DNA of 64,000 nt from the NCBI RefSeq assembly GCF_035721105.1, contig NZ_DASTNG010000017.1, positions 23,393-87,392 of the forward strand, written 5' to 3'. This document shows, piece after piece, positions 20,003-30,439 of the stretch (position 1 is its first letter; every line of letters begins with the position of its first letter). The position numbers and the translations under genes were made by a program. This stretch comes from Arenimonas sp. (GTDB lineage: Bacteria > Pseudomonadota > Gammaproteobacteria > Xanthomonadales > Xanthomonadaceae). The notes under the pieces are model-generated. The model saw only the letters and a program-made list of their open reading frames with translations, was not told the origin of the DNA and did not search any database.

Positions 20003-21196
20003 TCAGGAAAAGAGAATGTCGCGCTGCCTGACGTCGGATTGGGTATACACCTCTTCCCGCATTTTCATGCGCTTGCGGTATCGGACCGCATTGTTGAGGT
20101 TGCGAGCCTTGTCATACAGGCCCCAGGCGCGGAGCAGCTTGCGCAGCGGCACGAAGCGATGCCGCTTCGCGTGGTCGTAATTGCGAATCCGCTGGACCTG
20201 GTCTTCTTCTAAGCCGATGGTCTTGGCAAAGGCATAGACCTCCCGGCGCATCTGGGCGGTGTCCAGCAGGCTACCGTTGAACTCCTTGAAATGCAGCTCC
20301 CAGATCACGCATTTCAATGCGTTTTCCACGTTAAAGCGTGCAAGCCAGACATCGCGCTCGGGCCATTTTTCCAGGGTTCGCTCGATATCGTTGAGCACCG
20401 TCGGAAACACGACGTCGATTTCCAGGCCGCGCCATTTCTCGCAACCCGGCCATTTTTCCTTGTAATGCCCCAGGCCGTTTATCGTCGTGTCCGAAAAATT
20501 GCTCTTGTTGCCGATCGGGTGGTACATCATCTCGTCGATTCGCACGCAGCGCTCTGCCAGCAGCAGCAGGGCGATGGCCGAGGTGTAATCCGGCGAGATC
20601 GGACGGAACAGTTCACCCCAGATCTCGCGGGCGCGCGTGCCCAGCTCGCGGCGGTAGCCTGAGTTCAGCGCCCTCGGGATGGGCTGACCGTAGACATTGC
20701 TGGTTTCGAAGCCGCGGAACTGAAGGAAAGTGGTGAATACGTCCTCGGCCCGTTCAGTGATGCAATGGATCGGCGGCGGGCCGCCTTCGGCGCCATGTGT
20801 TTTCTGCACATGATCGAACTTCTGGCCGGGCCAGAAGAAGATGTCCGGATCGGTCCGTTGCACGACATCCGCCATCAGGGCGAGGGCGCCGGGTCGCATC
20901 AGCCAGCGATCGGCCATGAACAGGACATAGCGCCCCTGCGCGGGAAGGCTGCAGGCCTCCCAGTTCTGGTCCATCTCGAGCTTGCCTCCGGTTTCGGTAA
21001 TCCGGACCTTTTCGCGATCGGGACCAAGCGCGGATAGCCAGGCCAGCAGTTGCCCGCCTTCCCGAACCGAATTGTCGGAGACGAGGATTTCGAAGTCCCT
21101 GAAAGACTGATCCAGGATGGACCTGATGGAGCGGCTGGCGGTTTCGAAACGGTCGCGGGACGGGACGCAGATGCTGAAAAGAGGCTCCCTGCTCAT
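20003..21196 (-). CDS. Glycosyltransferase family 2
   Basis: PLFSICVPSRDR...DQSFRDFEILVSDNS N-terminal GT2 signature. Confidence 0.75.
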   Translation of the reverse strand: MSREPLFSICVPSRDRFETASRSIRSILDQSFRDFEILVSDNSVREGGQLLAWLSALGPDREKVRITETGGKLEMDQNWEACSLPAQGRYVLFMADRWLMRPGALALMADVVQRTDPDIFFWPGQKFDHVQKTHGAEGGPPPIHCITERAEDVFTTFLQFRGFETSNVYGQPIPRALNSGYRRELGTRAREIWGELFRPISPDYTSAIALLLLAERCVRIDEMMYHPIGNKSNFSDTTINGLGHYKEKWPGCEKWRGLEIDVVFPTVLNDIERTLEKWPERDVWLARFNVENALKCVIWELHFKEFNGSLLDTAQMRREVYAFAKTIGLEEDQVQRIRNYDHAKRHRFVPLRKLLRAWGLYDKARNLNNAVRYRKRMKMREEVYTQSDVRQRDILFS

Positions 21197-21879
21197 GTCG
21201 GGCTTCCTGGCAGGTTCGAATGGGCGCGCGGGACGTCGCGGGATGGCTTTATGCGGGTGACCTTGGCGGGAACGCCCGCGACGACGGCGTATTCCGGCAC
21301 ATCGCGTGTCACGACAGCACCAGCACCTACGACTGACCAGGCGCCCAGCGTGAGGCGTGGCAGTACCGTGGCGCCCACGCCGATCAGCACGCCTTCGCCC
21401 GTTGTGACCAGTCCCGCCACTTTGACGCCGGGGGCGATGAAGTTGGTCGCGCCGATCCGCGTCTCGTGCGAGATCACGCAGCCCGCGTTGATGCAGGCGT
21501 TCTCGCCGATCTCCGTCGCGGCTTGCAGGATGACGCCGTCCTGGATGTAGGCGCCGACTCCGATCCGCGCGCCCGAGACATCGATCCCGGGGTGGATGAA
21601 GCTGTCGTGAAGGAAGCCCAAGTCGGTGACGATGCGCGAAGTTTCGTGCCGGGTTTCGGGGTCGCGGGTGATCAGGTTGATGAAGCGCCGTTCACGGGGC
21701 CAGTCGGACAGGATGTCGAATCCGCCGAACACCGGCAGGCCGCAAAACATAGTTCCCTTCTTGGTGGGATCATTGTCGACGAACCCTAGGAACCGCCGAG
21801 TGTCGCCGGCCGCCCGCAGGGCAGCCATCATGCGGGCGGTTTCCGGGTTGTTGGCCCCGATGAAGACTATCTCAGTCAT
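21193..21879 (-). CDS. Hexapeptide-repeat sugar N/O-acetyltransferase (NeuD/PglD-like)
   Basis: LbH repeats (IGENACINAG, ISHETRIG) and VVAGVPAK. Start overlaps the aminotransferase stop. Confidence 0.85.
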   Translation of the reverse strand: MTEIVFIGANNPETARMMAALRAAGDTRRFLGFVDNDPTKKGTMFCGLPVFGGFDILSDWPRERRFINLITRDPETRHETSRIVTDLGFLHDSFIHPGIDVSGARIGVGAYIQDGVILQAATEIGENACINAGCVISHETRIGATNFIAPGVKVAGLVTTGEGVLIGVGATVLPRLTLGAWSVVGAGAVVTRDVPEYAVVAGVPAKVTRIKPSRDVPRAHSNLPGSPT

Positions 21880-23005
21880 GCGTGCCGCCCGCGGGCGCCT
21901 TGTCGAGGCATCCTTTGAGCACGCTGACGACGCGGGAAATATCGTCATCCGTCATGTCGTGGTAGCTGGGCAAGTTGATTGCCCGGTCGGCAATGTCATG
22001 CCCCACCACGTTGCCAGGCATATGCGTGAACATCGGCATCGTTGACAGCGGGTGGAAGAACACCCGGGCATCGACATTGGCGCTCTTGAATTCGGCCAGA
22101 AGCAGCTCTCGCGTGACGCCAGTTTCGCGGGCGAAGACGGCCGTCGGCATCCATGCTGAATTGATGGTTCCGGCGGGTTCGGGGTTGATCGAGATCGCGC
22201 TGATCGGTGCGAGGGCGACCCGGTACTTGGCAAATATTTCGCGCTTTCGCCCGATAAGGTCCTCGATCCGTTCGATCTGGGCGCATCCGATCGCCGCCTG
22301 TATGTTCGACATCTTGTACTTGAAGCCGACCACCTGGGACCAGAACTGATGCGTCTCGCCTGGAACGCGGCCATGGTTGTTTAGGGTTAGCACCTTGTGG
22401 TTCAGTGCCGCGTCACTGGTCACGAACATGCCCCCCTCGCCGGTTGTCATGGTCTTGGTGCCATGAAACGAGAACGTGCCGAACAGGCCGCGCGACCCCG
22501 CCTGGCGGGCGCCCCAAGCAGAGCCCAGGGCTTCGGCCGCATCCTCGATGATCGGCAGGTCGTGCTGGCGGCCGATATCCAGTAGGGCATCCATGTCGCA
22601 CAGGTTGCCGTAAAGATGGGTGGCGATGATCGCCTTGGTGCGCGGCGTGATCGCGGCTCTGGCCTTGTCGGGGTCGATGCACCAGCTGTCGGGAAGGATG
22701 TCGACAAAGACCGGCGTGGCCCCGAGATGTACGATCACCGAGGCCGCGGCGATCCAGTTGGTGTCGGCCAGGATGACCTCGTCGCCCGGTCCGATTCCGA
22801 TGGCGGACATGCCCATGTGCAGCGCGCCGGTGCAGCTGGACGTGGCGATGGCGAACTCGGTGCCCACGTAGGCAGCGAACTTCGCCTCTAACTTGTAGAT
22901 GTAGTCGTAGCACAGCGCTCCCCAGCCGTTGCGCGCGGCATCGGTGGCGTATTCGACCTCAAGATCAGTGATCGACGGTTTCGTATAGAGGATTCGCGAC
23001 GACAT
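21872..23005 (-). CDS. DegT/DnrJ/EryC1/StrS sugar aminotransferase (perosamine synthase-like)
   Basis: SSCTGALH, IIEDAAEALG, FSFHGTKTMTTGEGG (PLP Lys), GFKYKMSNIQAAIG. Confidence 0.9.
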   Translation of the reverse strand: MSSRILYTKPSITDLEVEYATDAARNGWGALCYDYIYKLEAKFAAYVGTEFAIATSSCTGALHMGMSAIGIGPGDEVILADTNWIAAASVIVHLGATPVFVDILPDSWCIDPDKARAAITPRTKAIIATHLYGNLCDMDALLDIGRQHDLPIIEDAAEALGSAWGARQAGSRGLFGTFSFHGTKTMTTGEGGMFVTSDAALNHKVLTLNNHGRVPGETHQFWSQVVGFKYKMSNIQAAIGCAQIERIEDLIGRKREIFAKYRVALAPISAISINPEPAGTINSAWMPTAVFARETGVTRELLLAEFKSANVDARVFFHPLSTMPMFTHMPGNVVGHDIADRAINLPSYHDMTDDDISRVVSVLKGCLDKAPAGGTHD

Positions 23006-23061
23006 TCGAGCAGCTCCATGGCTTGCTTGGACATAGGGTCGGTTTTCGACCCGGATCGTGT

Positions 23062-23622
23062 TCAGGACAGCGTCTGAACGGGTACCGGACGGAGCTGCGC
23101 AAGGCTTTGCAGTGTCTGGTCACGCGCGGACAGGGACGTTACGGGCAGCGGCCAGCGGATGGCGACATCCGGGTCATCGTGCCGCAGGCCGCTTTCCATT
23201 TCGGGGGCATAGGTGGCACTGTTAAAATAGATGATCTCGCTGTCGTCCGTCAGGGCTTGGAAGCCGTGGGCAAAGCCAGCCGGCAGATAAAGCATGTCGC
23301 GGTTCTCGGCCGAGAGTTCGATTCCCGCCCACATGCCAAAGGTCGGCGAACCCTCGCGCAGGTCGACACCAACGTCAAATATCGCGCCCCGGATGCAGCG
23401 CACCAGTTTGACCTCGCTGGAGGGCGGATACTGGAAATGCAGGCCGCGCACCGTGCCCTTGTGCACCGTGAGGGAGTTGTTGATCTGCGCCCAGTCCGCC
23501 GTCAGTTCTTGCTGCGCGAACTCCGCGCGACAGAACAGGCGGGCAAAGAAGCCGCGGTCATCGCTACGGCGTTCGAGCGATATCCGGATCAGGTTCGGGA
23601 TTTCAAGTGGTGTGTATTTCAT
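23062..23622 (-). CDS. rfbC: NDP-4-keto-6-deoxyhexose 3,5-epimerase (RfbC/RmlC family)
   Basis: DDRGFFAR, RGLHFQ, KLVRCIRGAIFDVGVDLR, PAGFAHGFQAL. Confidence 0.88.
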   Translation of the reverse strand: MKYTPLEIPNLIRISLERRSDDRGFFARLFCRAEFAQQELTADWAQINNSLTVHKGTVRGLHFQYPPSSEVKLVRCIRGAIFDVGVDLREGSPTFGMWAGIELSAENRDMLYLPAGFAHGFQALTDDSEIIYFNSATYAPEMESGLRHDDPDVAIRWPLPVTSLSARDQTLQSLAQLRPVPVQTLS

Positions 23623-24691
23623 TTTTGAAGTTCGCAATCTGTTCGAGTGTTTTGCGACGGATCGCTTCGTTATCGGCGCCGGCGGCCACCTGGTACCAAT
23701 CGACGGTTTCGGCGACGGCGCGGGCAAAGCCCCAACACGGTGCCCAACCCAGGCGGTTGCGGGCACGGCTGGTATCGAGCGTCAGCAGGGTGGCCTCGTG
23801 CAGTCTCGGTGCGTACGGGTCCAGCGGACTCCAGCGGCCGGGCCAGCGAGACAAGGCTGTCTCGACCAGGCGCTGGACGGTCTGCGCAGCCTCTGGGTCG
23901 GGACCGAAATTGAAGGCATCCTGATAGATCGCAGCGGCATCCTGATGCAGGGTCTGTGCCAGCAACAGATACCCCCAGAGCGGATCAAGGACATGCTGCC
24001 AGGGACGCACCGCGCCCGGGTTGCGCAGCACGACGTCCTCGTTGCGCGCCAGGGCCCGCATGATGTCGGGCACGATCCGGTCTTCCGACCAGTCGCCGCC
24101 GCCGATCACGTTGCCGGCCCTGGCCGTGGCCAGCCTGACGTGGCCGCCCGGGGCGAAGAAGCTCTTGCGCCAGCTTTGTGCGGCGAGCTCGGTGCCCGCC
24201 TTGGAGGCGCTGTAGGGATCGTGACCACCCAGCGGGTCGTTCTCGCGGTAGCCGAATTCCCATTCGCTGTTGGCATAGACCTTGTCTGTGGTCACGACGA
24301 CTACGGTGCAGGGCGCCTCGAGATGCCGGACCGCCTCCAAGACATGGGCGGTTCCCATGACGTTGGTGGACCAGGTTTCCAGCGGATCGCGATAACTTTT
24401 CAGGACCAAGGGCTGGGCGGCCAAATGGAACACCACTTCCGGGGCGGCTTCGGCCATCAGGGCCCGCATTCGGTCCCGGTCGCGGATGTCGGCGATCCGG
24501 CTGTCCATGTCATCGGCCAGTGCCAGCTGGTCGAACAGGGCCGGTCGACCTTCGGGTTCCAGCGCTATGCCTGTGACCCGAGCGCCTGCCGTCAGAAGCC
24601 ACAGCGACAGCCATGACCCCTTGAATCCGGTGTGCCCGGTAACGACGACGCGCCGACCGGACCAGAAGCCTTCGCTGGGTGAGGCAGTCAT
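23603..24691 (-). CDS. rfbG: CDP-glucose 4,6-dehydratase
   Basis: FWSGRRVVVTGHTGFKGSWL, VFHLAAQPLV, DPYSASKA, RAGNVIGGGDW, RPWQHVLDPL. Confidence 0.93.
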   Translation of the reverse strand: MTASPSEGFWSGRRVVVTGHTGFKGSWLSLWLLTAGARVTGIALEPEGRPALFDQLALADDMDSRIADIRDRDRMRALMAEAAPEVVFHLAAQPLVLKSYRDPLETWSTNVMGTAHVLEAVRHLEAPCTVVVVTTDKVYANSEWEFGYRENDPLGGHDPYSASKAGTELAAQSWRKSFFAPGGHVRLATARAGNVIGGGDWSEDRIVPDIMRALARNEDVVLRNPGAVRPWQHVLDPLWGYLLLAQTLHQDAAAIYQDAFNFGPDPEAAQTVQRLVETALSRWPGRWSPLDPYAPRLHEATLLTLDTSRARNRLGWAPCWGFARAVAETVDWYQVAAGADNEAIRRKTLEQIANFKNEIHTT

Positions 24692-25470
24692 CAGGGCTTG
24701 TCCCAGATTTTCCATGGCGCGCGGTTGCTGTTCCAGAGGCCTTCCAGCATGGTCTTGTCGCGCAGCGTGTCCATGGGCTGCCAGAAGCCCTTGTGCTTGT
24801 AGGCTTCGAGCTGGCCTTCCTCGGCGATGCGGTCGAGAGGGCCGACTTCCCAACTGGTCTGGTCGCCTTCGATGTAGTCGAAGACCTTGGGCGACAGCAC
24901 GAAGAAGCCGCCGTTAATCCAGCCGGAGCCCTCGGCGGGCTTTTCGGTGAACCGCGACACTGCGCTCCCGTCCAACTGAAGCGCACCGTAGCGGCCTGCC
25001 GGCTCGACGGCCGTCACGGTGGCAAGTTTGCCGTGGGCGCGGTGGAAGGCGATCAGCTTGCCGATATCGATGTCGGACACGCCGTCTCCATAGGTGAAGC
25101 AGAAGTCATCCGCGTCGCCCACATGATCCTTCACGCGCTTCAGCCGGCCACCGGTCAACGTATTGGCCCCGGTTTCCACCAGGGTGATACGCCAGGGTTC
25201 GGCCATGTTCTGATGCACCGTCACGGCATTGGTTGACAGGTCCACAGTCAGATCAGACAAGTGGGCCGCGTAATTGATGAAGTATTCCTTGATTATGTAG
25301 CTCTTGTAGCCGCAGCAGATGACGAAGTCATTTATCCCGTGATGCGAATACATCTTCATGATGTGCCACAGGATGGGCTGGCTGCCGATCTCAACCATCG
25401 GCTTCGGTTTCAGATGGGTCTCTTCGGACAGGCGCGTACCGAGACCGCCCGCAAGAATGACTGCTTTCAT
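24691..25470 (-). CDS. rfbF: Glucose-1-phosphate cytidylyltransferase
   Basis: MKAVILAGGLGTRLSEET, KPKPMVEIG, TYGDG, FWQPMDTLRDK. Confidence 0.95.
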   Translation of the reverse strand: MKAVILAGGLGTRLSEETHLKPKPMVEIGSQPILWHIMKMYSHHGINDFVICCGYKSYIIKEYFINYAAHLSDLTVDLSTNAVTVHQNMAEPWRITLVETGANTLTGGRLKRVKDHVGDADDFCFTYGDGVSDIDIGKLIAFHRAHGKLATVTAVEPAGRYGALQLDGSAVSRFTEKPAEGSGWINGGFFVLSPKVFDYIEGDQTSWEVGPLDRIAEEGQLEAYKHKGFWQPMDTLRDKTMLEGLWNSNRAPWKIWDKP

Positions 25471-25668
25471 AGTAACTTTCCTTAGAAACCGTTCGCGTTG
25501 GCCATGAGTACCTTCCCGCCCCCTATTCTAGCTGAACTATCGCCGTTCGACGCTTGAGGTTAAGATTGCAAGCCGTGGCTTTCATTAGATATTTTCTCGG
25601 GGTTGAGGACTTCCAATTGGCTCTACTTCCTTTGCCTTCCAAGCTGTCCTCGCCGCGTCCGGGGTGCC

Positions 25669-27609
25669 ATGGCTGACACCGCGTACCGTGCGGACATCGA
25701 TGGCCTGCGGGCAATCGCCGTCGTTTCCGTTGTCCTGTTCCATGGCGAAATCGCGCTTCCGGGCGGGTTCCTGGGGGTAGACGTCTTCTTCGTGATCTCG
25801 GGCTACCTGATCTGCAGGCTACTGCTGTCGGAATTCGACCGGACCGGGCACGTTTCGATCGCCCGGTTCTACGAACGCCGCATCCGACGCATCTTTCCGG
25901 CGATGTTCGTGGTTTGCGCGCTGTGCGTGCCCTTTGCGCTGACGTGGATGTTCGAAGGCGAACTGAAGTCCTTTTTCGATTCCGCCCTTGCCGCCCTCTT
26001 TTTCGTAGCCAACATCTTTTTCTACCAAGAAACTGGCTATTTCGCTGCGGCAGCCGAGCAAAAACCTTTCATTCACTTCTGGAGTCTGGCGGTCGAAGAA
26101 CAGTATTACCTGGTCTTCCCGCTCTTCCTGGCGTTCGCACACAGATGGACCGGGCGGCGCTGCTTTTTGTGGATGTCCGTGATCGCGCTGGTCTTGTCGG
26201 CCGCGCTGATGGCGTGGGGGTCCACGCACATGCGCTCCGCCGCGTTCTATCTGACGCCGTTCCGCGTATGGGAACTGCTGGCCGGTGTGCTGGTGGCCAC
26301 GATCAGTCCGGTTTACCTGACTGGCATTGCGCGCCCCGTCAGGGAGGCAGGTGCTCTGATCGCCTCAGCGCTGATCCTGGGCGCGATGGTCCTCTACGAT
26401 CCGCTGTCGGTGGAGACGGCCTTTCCTTACATGCTGACGGTCGTCGCGGGATCCGCGTTGCTGATTGCGGTGGGCCATGGCACCTGGGTTGGCCGCGGCC
26501 TTGCCTGGCGGCCGGTGGTCGGGGTCGGCTTGATCAGTTATTCCACTTATCTTTACCACCAGCCGCTGTTCACCTTTGCCCGGTTGCGGTTGCCCGAGGG
26601 TCTGACGCTTGAACTTGCTTGGGTCCTGGCGATCCTGTCCTTCGGGTTGGGTTGGCTCAGCTGGCGGTTCGTCGAACAACCCTTCCGGGACCGGGCGCAC
26701 CTGACCAGGACGGGGGTCTTCCGACTGGCCGGCCTGGCCACCCTCATCCTGACGGCAGTAGTGCTGACACTTCGGCTGTCGCCGCTACCGACCCGTTTTC
26801 CACCGCAGGTCGTTGCGCTTTCGGACACTTTGGCCGCCGGTACTTATGGCCTGTCTCCCACGTGTCAGACCGACTGGGATACAAGTGCCGACTGCACCAC
26901 CGGCGATACCCCCCGGACTCTGCTATGGGGTGACAGCTATGCGATGCATCTCGCCTACGGCCTCGAGGCGACGCAAGTCGCGTTCCGGCAGGCGGCGCTG
27001 CCGTCGTGTTTCCCTCGCATGCGCCCAAAATCCGGCCCGAAGGGCCGTTACGAGGTCGAGTGCGCCGCGTTCAACGCCGCGGTGACGGCCTGGGTGAAAC
27101 AAGAGGTAGCCGCTGGACGGCTGGAGACGGTGATCATCACCTCGCGGGATCTCGGAGTCCGCGCGGGAGCGATACGGCGGATGCCGAGGGAAGCCCGCGT
27201 AGATCGGGACGCGGTCTTGACGGATCTTGACGCCACGATCGCCGAACTGCGCGCCAGCGGGCTGCGTGTCGGCCTCGTCGGGCCGCCTCCGCCGGCAGAT
27301 TTTGATCCCGGCCAGTGTCTCCTGCGTGTCGCGGCCTTTGGCGGCGCCCCGGATCGCTGCGAATTCGCGCTCCACCCCGAAGCTGGGGTGGAAGACCGGC
27401 GGCTGGCCGACCTGGCACGTACCCTGGATCTGCCCTTCTTATCGCTTGCGCAGCAGATCTGCCCGGACGGCCAATGCGCCCCGTTCCAAAATGATACGGT
27501 CCTCTATCGCGACAACGGCCACCTCACGCCGCAGGGCTCTGCATTGCTTTTCGACAGTCCCGCTGGCAAAGAGTTCATGAAAGACCTCGGCCTCGCGGAT
27601 CGGCGCTGA
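25669..27609 (+). CDS. OafA-type acyltransferase-3 + SGNH fusion (O-acetylase)
   Basis: YRADIDGLRAIAV, GVDVFFVISGY, HFWSLAVEEQYY, periplasmic WGDSYA and YRDNGHL. Confidence 0.9.
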   Translation: MADTAYRADIDGLRAIAVVSVVLFHGEIALPGGFLGVDVFFVISGYLICRLLLSEFDRTGHVSIARFYERRIRRIFPAMFVVCALCVPFALTWMFEGELKSFFDSALAALFFVANIFFYQETGYFAAAAEQKPFIHFWSLAVEEQYYLVFPLFLAFAHRWTGRRCFLWMSVIALVLSAALMAWGSTHMRSAAFYLTPFRVWELLAGVLVATISPVYLTGIARPVREAGALIASALILGAMVLYDPLSVETAFPYMLTVVAGSALLIAVGHGTWVGRGLAWRPVVGVGLISYSTYLYHQPLFTFARLRLPEGLTLELAWVLAILSFGLGWLSWRFVEQPFRDRAHLTRTGVFRLAGLATLILTAVVLTLRLSPLPTRFPPQVVALSDTLAAGTYGLSPTCQTDWDTSADCTTGDTPRTLLWGDSYAMHLAYGLEATQVAFRQAALPSCFPRMRPKSGPKGRYEVECAAFNAAVTAWVKQEVAAGRLETVIITSRDLGVRAGAIRRMPREARVDRDAVLTDLDATIAELRASGLRVGLVGPPPPADFDPGQCLLRVAAFGGAPDRCEFALHPEAGVEDRRLADLARTLDLPFLSLAQQICPDGQCAPFQNDTVLYRDNGHLTPQGSALLFDSPAGKEFMKDLGLADRR

Positions 27610-27627
27610 CATGACGGGGCAACTTTG

Positions 27628-29100
27628 ATGAAGCGCGGATTTGGGCATGCTCTGGCTGCCTTCATGGGCTCCTCCATCCTTGGCTCGCTGACGCAGGTGC
27701 TGAAGGGAAAGATCTCGGCGCTGGTGCTGGGGCCGGCTGGCGTCGGTGTCGTCAATCAGCTGACGCTCTGCTTCAGCTTGTTCTTGACCGCAAGCAGCCT
27801 GGGCGTTCCCAATGGTATAGCGCGCAACATTGCCGTCCACCAGCGGGAAGAGGACGAGGAAGCTATTCGGGCGCAGCTGTCGTCGTCCTTCATCTTTCTC
27901 GCGGCTGTTTCTCTGGGCTTCAGCGGCCTGGGCATGCTGCTGTCGCCGCTGATATCGGACATGCTCTTTGACGACGGGGGCGGGCGGGCCAATCTGGTCG
28001 TGCTGGTCCTGCTGGGTGTTCCCGTCGGCGTGGCCGGTCTTGTGTATCGATCGCTTCTCAACGGGACACGGTCAGTTAAGCAGCTGACGTTCGCGCGCAT
28101 GGCCGCCGATGTGCTGAGCGTTGCGGTCTTCGCCGCCCTGGTTGTTCCCTTCGGCATCCCCGGCGCAGCGCTCGGGCTGGTGTCGCTACATCTCCTGTAC
28201 CTGGTCCTCATCTCCTGGGGTGCCCGGGTGGCTATCGGGGCCCTGAGTCGTCCGAGGCTGGCCGCGTTTCGCTGGCAGGCAGTGCGAATGAACATGGGTT
28301 TTGGGATCCACGGCCTTGTCATCGCCGTCCTCACCATCTTTTCGACATTGCTTGTGTCACGCTGGATCATCACGGACTTCGGCATCGCGGAAAGCGGGCT
28401 GTTCAGCGTCGCGCTCAAGGTGACGTCGGTCTACCTGGGGGGTCTTTACGCCGCCGCGAGCGGATACTATTTCGCCTCCATCGCCCGGGCGCAGACGCCG
28501 GAAGAGCTTGCCGACCAGATCGACAAGGCCATCGCGCTCTACATGGTCATCGTGCCGCCGATCATCGTCGGCTTGATGGCAGGTGGCGACCTGATCGTCC
28601 GGATCCTGTTCAGTGCGGAGTTTCTGCCTGTGGCGACCATTCTTTTGGTGCTGTTGCCCGGGGATGTGCTGCGCCTGGTGGCCGAGACCATTGGCCAGGC
28701 GATACTGGCTCGAAAGCACTTCGTCCTGTCTGCGGGAATCATGCTTGCCTGGACCGTGTGCTACATGGTCCTCGTGAAGATCCTCATGGCGCGCTACGGG
28801 CTGATCGGTATCGCGTTGGCCTATCTGGTGAGCCACGCCGGGCTGATGGTCGCGTTTCTGGTCGCGGGAAGAATCGTCCTGGGGTACCTGCCTCGCATAA
28901 GCAGTACTCTTTTTGCCATCAGGGGCTTCGCACTGGTCGGGGTGACCGCATTCGCTGTCTACGGGGTGGATTATTGGCCGATCAAGATCGCCATCGGTGT
29001 AGTTGCACTCGCCGGCTGGGCGGTGGTCAGCAGTTTTGATCCGCAGTTCGCGGCACATGCGAGGAAATCCATCGACATTGTATTGCGTCGCAGAAAGTAG
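27628..29100 (+). CDS. wzx: Oligosaccharide flippase
   Basis: 12+ TM polysaccharide-biosynthesis protein with ALVLGPAGVG, inside the EPS locus. Confidence 0.78.
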   Translation: MKRGFGHALAAFMGSSILGSLTQVLKGKISALVLGPAGVGVVNQLTLCFSLFLTASSLGVPNGIARNIAVHQREEDEEAIRAQLSSSFIFLAAVSLGFSGLGMLLSPLISDMLFDDGGGRANLVVLVLLGVPVGVAGLVYRSLLNGTRSVKQLTFARMAADVLSVAVFAALVVPFGIPGAALGLVSLHLLYLVLISWGARVAIGALSRPRLAAFRWQAVRMNMGFGIHGLVIAVLTIFSTLLVSRWIITDFGIAESGLFSVALKVTSVYLGGLYAAASGYYFASIARAQTPEELADQIDKAIALYMVIVPPIIVGLMAGGDLIVRILFSAEFLPVATILLVLLPGDVLRLVAETIGQAILARKHFVLSAGIMLAWTVCYMVLVKILMARYGLIGIALAYLVSHAGLMVAFLVAGRIVLGYLPRISSTLFAIRGFALVGVTAFAVYGVDYWPIKIAIGVVALAGWAVVSSFDPQFAAHARKSIDIVLRRRK

Positions 29101-29308
29101 GGGCTGCCCAGTGCAAATAGTGTCCGCTCCGGGCCCCATAGCGGATTTTTACCTTGGGTGAATAGCCTGAAGATCGCGATTTTTCCGTGTGCTGCAGCCA
29201 TAATTGGGATTCAGTCGTGGAAGGTGCCATGAAGACCGTTGAGGACCTGAACACGCATGCCGCTGGCTTCTCGGCTTGGCTGTACCATCGGACGTTGAGC
29301 ACAGCCCA

Positions 29309-30439
29309 ATGAACCCCGCTGCGCGGCCTTCCCGCAGGATCGCCATCCTGCTTCCCGATCTCCGCCCCGGAGGCGCCGAGAGGCTGCACGTGAGTCTGGC
29401 CCGTGCCTGGATCGCACGCGGGTTCGAGGTCGAATTCGTATTGAGGCAGGCGCGGGGCGAGTTGATGGCGGAACTGCCCCTAGGTGCGTCAGTGTTCAGT
29501 TTGAATGCCGGCCGGGTTCGCAGGTCGATACTGCCGCTCGCGCGGTATTTGCGCTCAACTCCGCCCCGTGTGCTGCTGGCGGCCATGTGGCCGTTGACTG
29601 CAGTCGCTGCTTTGTCCGCGCGCCTTGGGGGTTATCGTGGCCGCGTGATCTGTAGTGAGCACTCACCTCTGTCCTTGGCGTATGCACGGCGCGGGGCATT
29701 GCATCGCTGGTTCCTGTCGGCGAGCCAGCGTTGGGCTTATCCGCGGTTGGATGCCGCAATTGGAGTATCGGCAGGCGTCGCGGATGACCTCGCTCTGACG
29801 TCGGGCCTGCCGAGGAAGGTGTTCACGGTGCTTCACAATCCTGCAGCGTTGGGCAACGCCGGCGTGCGAACGGACGTCCCACCCCAACTGGTTTCGGCGG
29901 CACGCCCCATATTCTTGACCGTTGGCACGCTCAAGCGGGTGAAGCGGCAAGACGTCCTCATCGATGCTTTCGCCAGGTTGGCCGCTCACGGACGAGGGAC
30001 GCTGTGCATCCTAGGTGATGGTCCCGAACGTGGTGCGTTGGCGGCCCAGGTACAGGCGCTTGGCTTGGGCGAAGCTGTGCTGATGCCCGGATTCGTGGAG
30101 GATCCCGGCCCTTGGTATGCCTCTGCGGATTTGTTCATCCTGTCGTCAGAGTACGAGGGATTTGGCAATGTCATTGTCGAAGCCATGGAGTACGGGCTTC
30201 CCATCGTCAGCACCGACTGTGTCGCGGGCCCCTCTGAAATTCTCGAGGGCGGCAGGTACGGAACGCTGGTGCCCGTGGGTGACGCCGAGGCGTTGTCCGA
30301 GGCGATGCAGGGGGCGCTGGTGGCGCCGATCGACAGGGAGGCCCTGCGAGCCCGTGCCCGTGACTTCGGACTGGAAGTGGTTGCAGAGCGCTATCTCGAC
30401 ATATTGATCCCAGGCTGGCGTTCCGAGGTCGTGGCATGA
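29309..30439 (+). CDS. Glycosyltransferase family 4 (PglJ-like)
   Basis: LPDLRPGGAER, LSSEYEGFGNVIVEAM, STDCVAGPSEIL. Confidence 0.9.
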   Translation: MNPAARPSRRIAILLPDLRPGGAERLHVSLARAWIARGFEVEFVLRQARGELMAELPLGASVFSLNAGRVRRSILPLARYLRSTPPRVLLAAMWPLTAVAALSARLGGYRGRVICSEHSPLSLAYARRGALHRWFLSASQRWAYPRLDAAIGVSAGVADDLALTSGLPRKVFTVLHNPAALGNAGVRTDVPPQLVSAARPIFLTVGTLKRVKRQDVLIDAFARLAAHGRGTLCILGDGPERGALAAQVQALGLGEAVLMPGFVEDPGPWYASADLFILSSEYEGFGNVIVEAMEYGLPIVSTDCVAGPSEILEGGRYGTLVPVGDAEALSEAMQGALVAPIDREALRARARDFGLEVVAERYLDILIPGWRSEVVA

